Assembly (NCBI GenBank): GCA_963693365.1
Contig: CAVNZM010000011.1
Span: forward strand, 3,081,098 to 3,145,097
Direction of reading: 5' to 3'
DNA length: 64,000 nt
Source of the DNA: Amoebidium appalachense
Lineage: Eukaryota; Protista; Ichthyosporea
A program made the position numbers and the translations under genes. Each line of letters begins with the position of its first letter. The stretch's first letter is position 1. Below the pieces are notes generated by a model. That model searched no databases. It had not been told where the DNA came from and saw only the letters and a list, made by a program, of their open reading frames with translations. Of the stretch, positions 26,725 through 64,000 are shown piece by piece.

Positions 26725-29451
26725 ATAGATATATACCCAAAGTCACACTTTGCGGTTCCCTCAAATATCCCATGCCCACAACACCGACTGGGGAGTGGCC
26801 TTTTGGCCATCAACCATGTCAAAACTCTCTCTCCCTCCTAACCTCTCTAGGTCATCTGACCACTCTCCTATCCTTTTCCTACCTAAGATCTCCCTTGATC
26901 TGCTCCCCCCTCCCCCTCCCACCTTTCGCCTCCGTCTATCCCAGCTTAAGTCACAGTGGGGTAGAGTTGATGTATGTGTATGCTATGCTACGAAACACCC
27001 TATATATATGCGCCTATTAGAATCTGCACAAGCCAGGCCAGATTCACATCTCGTACTAGATACATGCACTAACTTTATTGTTGATGATTTGATAGATCTC
27101 GGTGATTATGCTGGCGGTGATAGGAAGGAATACCCCGATGCTCTCTTGTTACCAAACACCACTCCCGCTAGACTAGGTGAACCCCTGTCTCAAAAGGAAA
27201 GCTTGCGCCGGCTTGCTAGTATGAATCGATTTGGCCCCCCTGCTCGTATTATTGGTGATACCACTGGAGACCCCCTCATAGACTCTGATAAGTATTTCTC
27301 GGAACTGTTTAAAGATAGGACCCCCGCTCAGAAACCTATTGTGTGGCCTGTAGACCCATCTATCCCCATAGAATCGATCCTCCCCTTTTTCAGTCCCGAT
27401 GCCATATGGTCTGTGATATCTAGTTATAGCTCTAGTAAGTCTTGTGGACCTGATGGACTCCCTGCTGGGTTTCTTAAAATCCTTGTTCCCTCCTACCCAC
27501 AAAAGGAAAGTGATCGTGCTATTAAACCTGATCTTACTATCATGTTAAGCTCTCTCTTTTCTTGGTGTGTTAAATGTGGACATGTCCCGTCATCTTGGTT
27601 AGATACCTTAGTGATCCCCATAGTTAAGAAGGACTCTGAGGGCCCCATATCATCCTTTCGCCCCATTACACTAACCCAGGTTGTTCGTAGATTCTTTGAA
27701 GCTTGCTTACTTAGGTTATTTGCACATCACCCTAGGTTTCAATCTATTCTTCACATACACCCATGCCAATCCGCTTTTCGTAAAAACAATTCATGTTATG
27801 TTCAAATAATGGCACTGCACGATTCTATGCAAGTTGGTGCACAATATGTTGGCTTTATTGATTGGAAAACTGCTTACGATTCTGTCTCCCCTGGTCTCCT
27901 ATGGGAAAAGCTTGCTGCACGGGGTGTACCACACTGCATTGGTGTTCTGTTAGAAGCACTCTTGTCTCAAACCTATGGTAGAGCTGTGGTTAATGGGCAT
28001 CTTTCATATGGTTTTGCTCGTACTAGAGGTCTCTTGCAGGGTTCATTGCTTAGCCCCTTTTTGTTTAACCTATTTATAGATGATTTGGCTGTCAAGATTT
28101 ACGCCGAAAACGATGACCCTATTAATAACTTTCCGCCTGCACTTCTCTATGCTGATGATCTGTCCCTCCTTGCCCGTACCCCTAGACGCCTGCAAAGATT
28201 GTTCGATGTAGTGTCAGAGTGGTGCAAGGCAAACCTTATGATCCTTAACATAGACAAATGTGGTGTTCTTGTACCTGATATAGCTAACAATTTACACACA
28301 TTTACATTATCATCTAAACCTGTACCTATAGTTCCAGAATACAAATATCTTGGTGTTCCGGTTGATTCTGTTGGTGTTATGTTTCCCCATATGGTCGAAA
28401 AGAGGGTAGAGTTGGCTCGTAAGCGGATAGCTTTCTTCTCGGCTAATATTTTTAAAGACACACCCCTCCATCCTTCTATTAGACTTACATTTATTCGCAC
28501 TTTTGTCTTCCCGGCATGTGAATATGGTTTACCCCTTCTCGCCGCTTGGATCAAGAAAGAGAGAACTAGAGCGCTTAAACCCTTGGCAAATTTCCTTGAA
28601 GCAGAAGTTGCCTCCTTTCTATCTAACAACTGTTGTAAACCTGGGCCTGTAACGCTCTCGATATATGGTCTGGTCCCAATAGCTGCTAGAGTATCCTATC
28701 TCGCGCTGAAATTCAATAAGCACATAAGCCGCTTAAAGAAGTATTTGCCCTCCCACCCTCTCTTCTCTATCCGACCTGTCCCCTCCTCACCTCTCCCCTC
28801 TTTCCTCCCCTCTCTCTCCCCTTCTCCCCTGGGCACAAATACAAATAAACCCCGCAATAGTGTGTGTGTGACTTTGGACTGCCACTTACTTATTAAACAT
28901 GTACACAATCACAAGATAATCACGCAATATAACAAATGGAAAAAGATACCACACGACACTAGACCCGATGAAAGCATACACCTTGAAAAACTAAGCCTTA
29001 TGTCTCGTTTTATATATACTGACCGCCTCAACCATATTGCCAAATATGGCACTCGCAAGTGTATAACACCTAAATACATATTACCTTCCTGTAGAACTGG
29101 TCTTTCTCTAGCTGATGGTATTATTGATCAATTACCACGCTTTTACTGTACACGTGCTATACAGTGGAGATCTAATAAGTATAAGGTGGCATCATTTGCA
29201 TGCCCAAACAACACACACACACACCAGTTTAACCGGTCATGTATCGCCAAATGTAGTTTGATAGACCACATAATACCGCAACACACACACGTCACATTCA
29301 CAACAGACACCCAGAAAGATAGCCTACCTGTAAATTACAACATCCTTGATTTTATACTAAACACGCGTAACTACGACCTGTTTATTAGATGTATTGATTG
29401 GCTTGAGAAACACATCACTACAAAATTATAGCGCACGCGCACACACACACA

Positions 29452-29504
<53 letters not shown>

Positions 29505-29579
29505 CCAGCTGATACCGAGTGTCCCGAGGGGAGCCCCTTTAAAAAAAAAAATAAAAAAATAAAAAAAAAAAAAAAAAAA
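26725..29579 (+). mobile_element. 5'-truncated non-LTR retrotransposon (APE-type LINE) with short 3' UTR containing (CA)n and an A-rich tail
   Basis: RT ORF preceded only by the C-terminal end of an APE endonuclease (TDW..SDHSPI); stop at 29431; (CA)n ~29440-29502; A-rich run with AATAAA 29541-29579. No clear target-site duplication seen; 5' boundary approximate. Confidence 0.85.
26750..29431 (+). CDS. Non-LTR retrotransposon ORF2: endonuclease remnant + reverse transcriptase + C-terminal Cys/His motif (893 codons)
   Basis: GPDGL, W..IPIVKK, FRPITL, QSAFR, FIDWKTAYDSV, GLLQGSLLSPFLFNLFIDDL, YADD, NIDKC, YKYLGV; C-terminal CPNNTHTHQFNRSCIAKC..ILDFILN. No stops or introns. Confidence 0.95.
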   Translation: MRFPQISHAHNTDWGVAFWPSTMSKLSLPPNLSRSSDHSPILFLPKISLDLLPPPPPTFRLRLSQLKSQWGRVDVCVCYATKHPIYMRLLESAQARPDSHLVLDTCTNFIVDDLIDLGDYAGGDRKEYPDALLLPNTTPARLGEPLSQKESLRRLASMNRFGPPARIIGDTTGDPLIDSDKYFSELFKDRTPAQKPIVWPVDPSIPIESILPFFSPDAIWSVISSYSSSKSCGPDGLPAGFLKILVPSYPQKESDRAIKPDLTIMLSSLFSWCVKCGHVPSSWLDTLVIPIVKKDSEGPISSFRPITLTQVVRRFFEACLLRLFAHHPRFQSILHIHPCQSAFRKNNSCYVQIMALHDSMQVGAQYVGFIDWKTAYDSVSPGLLWEKLAARGVPHCIGVLLEALLSQTYGRAVVNGHLSYGFARTRGLLQGSLLSPFLFNLFIDDLAVKIYAENDDPINNFPPALLYADDLSLLARTPRRLQRLFDVVSEWCKANLMILNIDKCGVLVPDIANNLHTFTLSSKPVPIVPEYKYLGVPVDSVGVMFPHMVEKRVELARKRIAFFSANIFKDTPLHPSIRLTFIRTFVFPACEYGLPLLAAWIKKERTRALKPLANFLEAEVASFLSNNCCKPGPVTLSIYGLVPIAARVSYLALKFNKHISRLKKYLPSHPLFSIRPVPSSPLPSFLPSLSPSPLGTNTNKPRNSVCVTLDCHLLIKHVHNHKIITQYNKWKKIPHDTRPDESIHLEKLSLMSRFIYTDRLNHIAKYGTRKCITPKYILPSCRTGLSLADGIIDQLPRFYCTRAIQWRSNKYKVASFACPNNTHTHQFNRSCIAKCSLIDHIIPQHTHVTFTTDTQKDSLPVNYNILDFILNTRNYDLFIRCIDWLEKHITTKL

Positions 29580-32229
29580 CGGGGAACCCCAACTAATTGA
29601 TTTCTCCTTGTAGTCTTTATGGTGTCTCGTAGAGAAAGTAAACCCTGATATATAGTCACCACCCGACATCTATGTACGTGATCATGATATACCGCTGAGG
29701 GGATATTCCGAGCAAAACCCCCCCCCCCCATACCTGAGACTGGTTCTCTTTGCCTCGAGTAAACAGCGTAAACCCCATATGCATATATGCGGTCTGCCCC
29801 ACTGACCATCATCGGATCATCGGTACATGCCCCTGAAGCTGAATTCGAACCATCACTTGTTATGGAGAACTGCAAGGGTAAAAAACATAAAGCAGCCCGT
29901 TCAGACAATACTATTGGTTTTTTTGACACCATCGGTCCATCACTCCATCAGCGAACTGTTGCATCATTCGGACCAGCTCGTCAATTCAATTCACCTTACT
30001 TGTGCAGTCAATTCAAGGCTTGGCCAGTGGCCACAAACAAACGCCGGCGGCCAATGAAATCTGGCTCATTCAGCTGAGCGCTGATTGGCGTCCCGGATAC
30101 TAACGGCTCAGAGCCGTCAACCAGATATGAGTCGGACACAAAGAGGTCTTACGATATTCTGCTGAGAAACAGCACACAAAACCATCGGGGGGAAATATAG
30201 AAACATGCATGTAAGTACTGTTAGCGTTTAGCTTTCTATCAACTCTTTAAGTTACAAAAATAGATTTGTGTAAGACGGTTCGGGATACCTTTTCTTATCT
30301 TGTGACGACATCTTTTCTAATTCATCCAATCGGATGGAAATCTAGTTCCTCCCCCTAGCTCAAATGGAAAACAGCACTCCAGCATCCTCAGGTTTTCGCA
30401 ACTGTAACTCAAAGTTTATGTACAATATGGATCAATGATCAATATGATGATGGCATCATGGGCACTAATTTAGGAAAAGGTAGGGGAATCTTTTATCTAA
30501 TCCTTAGGGCATTTTTACATTGAAAATAATAATAGCTGGCTTTGCCATTAATTATGCATTATATGCCTGCATCAAATATTTGCATATATGATAATTATAA
30601 GTATACATGTCCATAAAAATTGTATCTAGTTACATGTATATGTCATTAGTGTCCCATTTGCTTTGGATACTATAGGCATTCAAAAAAAAGATTCTCTCTC
30701 TCTTTTTTTTTTTCTTGGTATTTTGCAACTTTGATAATGGATAGTATTGAATACGTCTGGAAATTCATGATGTTTAAAAATTGATGAATTTTTTCATTTT
30801 CTTTTGACTGATGAAATTTATGTAGTTTTTCAAAGAACCCCACCGTTGAGTCAGCCTCCACTACATATTGGGGCCTGCCCGCACGCGTGCGAATATAAAA
30901 GCAGCTTGTGCTACCAATATGTGCCAGTTTGTGCAAAGGTTTTTGCACTGCACTTTTATAAGTCCCAGGCCCCTACTAATAACGAAAGTGGAACAAAACT
31001 CCCCCCACTGTCCCACGAAACTTTAAACTACACACCACTGCCCCAACCCTATCGCCATAAGCGCAACTGGTATCAAAAGCCGTCGAGGTGATCTGGACTA
31101 AGATACGTAGCAAACCCACACCAACACCGAAAGGGTGCTGGCCAGGTGTTTCATGGCCTGATGACTCACAGGAAGCGAATGCCCCTCGACTCGTGTGATG
31201 GCACGTGTTATCGATCGACCCAGCATTCGAAGTTTAGGCTTTCGAGAACCCATTATCAACACAGCGCACAAGTAATATTACAGTTTTGTTTGACCACTGC
31301 GAAATAACAGTGCAGGGGCCAACCCGCCCTGGGCCACCCTGAAGATCTACCTTCCCACGGTCTAGCAATCGCATCTGTGGCAAACATACGTACACGGCAA
31401 GAAGATGACGAAAACGGTTGCCCTTCGCCTCATCAGTGGCAGACACCCGAGCGAATTCCAGTGGTTAACCAAGCTGGATTTTAATCGGCGTTACCACATG
31501 GAAGAGAAGCTGCAAGCTAACGGTGTATTGAAAAACGCACTTACTGAGTCGTCCTCGTCTCTCAAGCTGTCTTCGTCTACTCTGACCTTAGGCGGCACTG
31601 CTGAGCCAGCTGCTGCTCCAGCTATAACGTAAGGAACATGCTCATTTTGCCACAGAGAAAGATTGCAAAATTTTGTTTCTTGCACTTGTACGTGAATGGT
31701 GATCGAGGGTTGTGGTGTTACGTTTTCGACAAAAAATAGTGCCAGCTGTGTTTCCGGTTTTGAAATATTTGCCACATTTATTAAGGCTAGAAATAAGGAA
31801 CGTCTGTGAAGCTGTAGTGGAACTAACACGTCTTTTCACAGGGAACGCGAAGAGGGGGTTTTCGAGATGGAGCTGTAAAAGCGAGAGCATGGGATTCTGG
31901 CCAACAGCGAAAGGCAGCTGCTTGGCTCAAGCGTCGTCGCTACCGAGTCTGCACGGCCAAGGAAATGCCGTAGCTGCGAACTATGTATACGTGTGCAGCC
32001 ATGCCACACATGTGTGCAATTATATATAAGCAGGCCTACCTTTTAGTTGCCTGATATGCACATAGTGTCCATAGGGCAAGGTGAGTCATGTACATATTGT
32101 CGTCAAATCTATGTATATAAGAGTAGAACTATGGTTCTAGGTCGTAATAGTGTATCGGCCCCACCGGTCACAAGATGCATAACATACGGATAGTGGAACA
32201 GTGAACTCAAGAAAAATATTATAAGTATT

Positions 32230-33300
32230 TCGTATGCGGTTCTCGCACTTGTTTTTGGAGGAGAATGGAAGAAAGAGCAACTGTACGTTTAGGTGCAGGT
32301 TCTGCTTTTTCTCGTTTATTTTGTGATGGAAAAAACCAGTGGTCGTAACAAGACCTTTTCTGGGAACCTGAATTGACCTAAGAGCAAGCAAATAAGAGCA
32401 AGCAAAAAAAGCGCTGATGTAAACGATGTGCCAGAGGCAGAAATGGCAAGGGAATAAAAACACAAGGCATGTTCTTTACTGCAACCACTTCCCCCACAAC
32501 CACATCCTACCTTTATAGGCATGCTTCTGGAACTAACGTTCACACGTTCCCGGCCCACTCCAATAAGCACAACCATTCACCTCAGATGATCACTATGACA
32601 TACGTTAACGTGCAATCATGAAACCCAACGAGCTTTCACAGGACACACAACTGTTTGCACCCTTCAGCCAACTGCAACCAAAGTTGGAGCTACTGCATTC
32701 GTTTTTCCTTCGATCGACCTGGCGTAAATCTGCGAGACTACTCTAAATGGGCTCTGCGCCACGCACGTGCTTGCGCTTCTATTTTTGGAGCCAGAATAGT
32801 TTTGTTTGACAGGTCAAGAGCACTTCGAAACCGAAAATGTTTAAAGCAGACTGCGGGCACATCAATTCTACGCCGCTTATTTCTATTGAGGCAGCCCATA
32901 CATGCACTCAGCCATAGCTTGCAACTCCGATTTCTGGACCGTGAATAGCCCACACACGGTACTTTTTGCCTCAGCTCCGGCCTGCATCTAACGAAGGTCC
33001 GTAGACTTGTGTCCTCCCCTGCCAATCTGTTCTGCCGCTCGGTGCCTGAGACAGCATGCATATGAGCTGTGTGTAGAAGTTCTCACCCTACCTCAAACTT
33101 CAAACTATCGTTACCGTATGATGACAAACCCAGGGAGACCCAGGAGGAAGAGAAAGTTCCTGGTGTTAAAAACGAAAAGTGACGTCATTTTGACGTCAGG
33201 TCTTGAAATGCTAACAAAATTTCAATATTCAGGTCTGCTTAGATAACTATGGCTTGGATATTCTAGGAACCATGGCATCAGCCTACAATACAGAGGCTGT
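32230..33300 (-). pseudogene. Probable decayed Academ(X)-type DNA transposon fragment (XPG-like nuclease region + Cys-rich C-terminus)
   Basis: Ordered degenerate motifs on the minus strand across frames and stops: (*)ADAMV ~33285, ISRPDV ~33200, HAVSGTE ~33058, LAPKIEAQARAWRRAHL ~32795-32745, VG*(W)..KARW ~32670-32625, GCGCGGSGCSK 32507-32475, RTCT..C..KCEN ~32300-32240. Order and spacing resemble the recalled EAD / DTDV / HAxSGCD / LPPT..RAxYQ / GW / CxC pattern. Confidence 0.45.
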
Positions 33301-33919
33301 GGTATGTACCAGAATAACAAACCCGCGTTTTTAATCTTGTTTGAGCTTGTTAGAGAGTTCAATAAAACTATAGAATATGAAGCAAAGCTTTAATAGCACT
33401 TGCTAACGCTGGTTCTTGCAGGGGATACATAGTTGTACAGAAAGCGCAATTTCAGAATCTGTACATATTGCAAAAAATACCTAGTCATAATGGGATCAAG
33501 GATTGGCTCACCGCGCATCGCATAGCTTGAACCACCTTCCATATCAGGAAGGTATTTTCTTGGCTGTTACGTCATCAGTATCCAAAGTCCGTGTCACGCA
33601 TACGCCGTGCCCCTGTTGCCTGTATCTTCCATCACACCGAAACAGTAATCCCATGTTTTTCTATATAATATTAGTTCTGCACCATTCAAATAGAACAGGG
33701 TTATCAATTGATAATGCATTTGTGACATTTCGCATGAAGTAAACGGTGCTTGTACCAACACAAAAGTTTGCTTGGTTTGCTTGCATGTGAGAAGCGATCA
33801 GAGTGCAATTTAATAACTTCTTTTTTTCAATTGCGATGCTCGCGAGGCATGATGCCATCAGTGTGAACAGAAGGAACACAAGAACGTCAAAGGTCTCAGT
33901 TTAATTCAAAAACAAGAAA

Positions 33920-63288
<29,369 letters not shown>

Positions 63289-64000
63289 GGTTCTCGTCAT
63301 AAGACTCAATTTTTACTAATGATACGATTTTTTAATCTCGTTTAATTTGGCTAGGTTGTGTCACTGCTTTGCAACGGATTGTTCGTTTTCTGTTTTCTCT
63401 TTGCACAACCGTGCCACCGGAACTAACTAACACCTTTTCCGTTCTCAATGTCATTAGGTCGAACGTAATTGTTTTGGATTTATGAGTACCGTACTTTTGA
63501 GGCCGGGGGCAGTTGGCAGCCCACCTCCAATTTAGCACTGTAGTAAGTTATGCCCTACGGCAGTTTTCCTCACATGAATTTAACATCACAAGTGCTAGAT
63601 ATACCTTACCAAGACACTATAGCTGGAAACTGTGTGTACTTAGGTTGAATGGTTGTAGTGGTATATGAGCAGTAACACACCACAAACACCCTCCAGCCAA
63701 TAGGTTTTATTAGTACAAATTTACATGAGTGGCCAAGGGCTGGTACCTTAGCCATGATGTTATGTGCTTTCCAAAGCTTGCCACACACGGTTGGGCATCG
63801 ACACGTACACGTGTACACACATGTACATAAGCACGTGCACACACAAAAAGGTTAAATGGTTCCGTGCGTTAATAGAGGAGGCAAGAGCCCCCGGGCACTG
63901 TGCCTAAAGCGGGGGGGGGGGGGGGGGGGGGGGGGGCGGCCAAGTTGCTTTCGAAGTGATTGCGGTTGTGTTGATCATATCCTCGCTGGTGCGCATGCGA

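Noticed and set aside
28147-28629. 160-aa antisense ORF inside the RT
   Set aside because: Shadow frame with no recognisable motifs.

Overview
Eukaryotic genomic DNA with very dense simple repeats: (CA)n/(GT)n, poly-C/poly-G and (CT)n fill nearly every intron, so most entries in the six-frame ORF track are artefacts. Manual GT-AG splicing recovers four host genes: (1) an intronless membrane protein of the S. pombe C365.16-like family (423-1301, -); (2) a ~20-exon LisH/CTLH + WD40 protein (4700-19057, -); (3) a divergently transcribed two-exon type-I membrane protein with a ricin-B-like domain and Thr-rich stalk (20401-22222, +); (4) a ~39-exon FHOD-family formin (33920-63288, +) carrying a 2-kb E/R/K-rich exon. 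Mobile DNA comprises a 5'-truncated non-LTR retrotransposon with an open 893-codon RT frame (~26725-29579), a probable decayed Academ-type DNA transposon (~32230-33300, -) and a short intronic repeat family carrying hammerhead-like motifs. A 47-bp x ~25 minisatellite lies in a formin intron. The most unusual signals are the hammerhead-like segments arranged in a non-standard (non-circularly permuted) order, and a polarised intron design with (GT)n after donors and (CA)n running directly into acceptors. The gene content suggests a unicellular opisthokont/holozoan, but that is inference only. All family assignments are from motif recall, not database searches.
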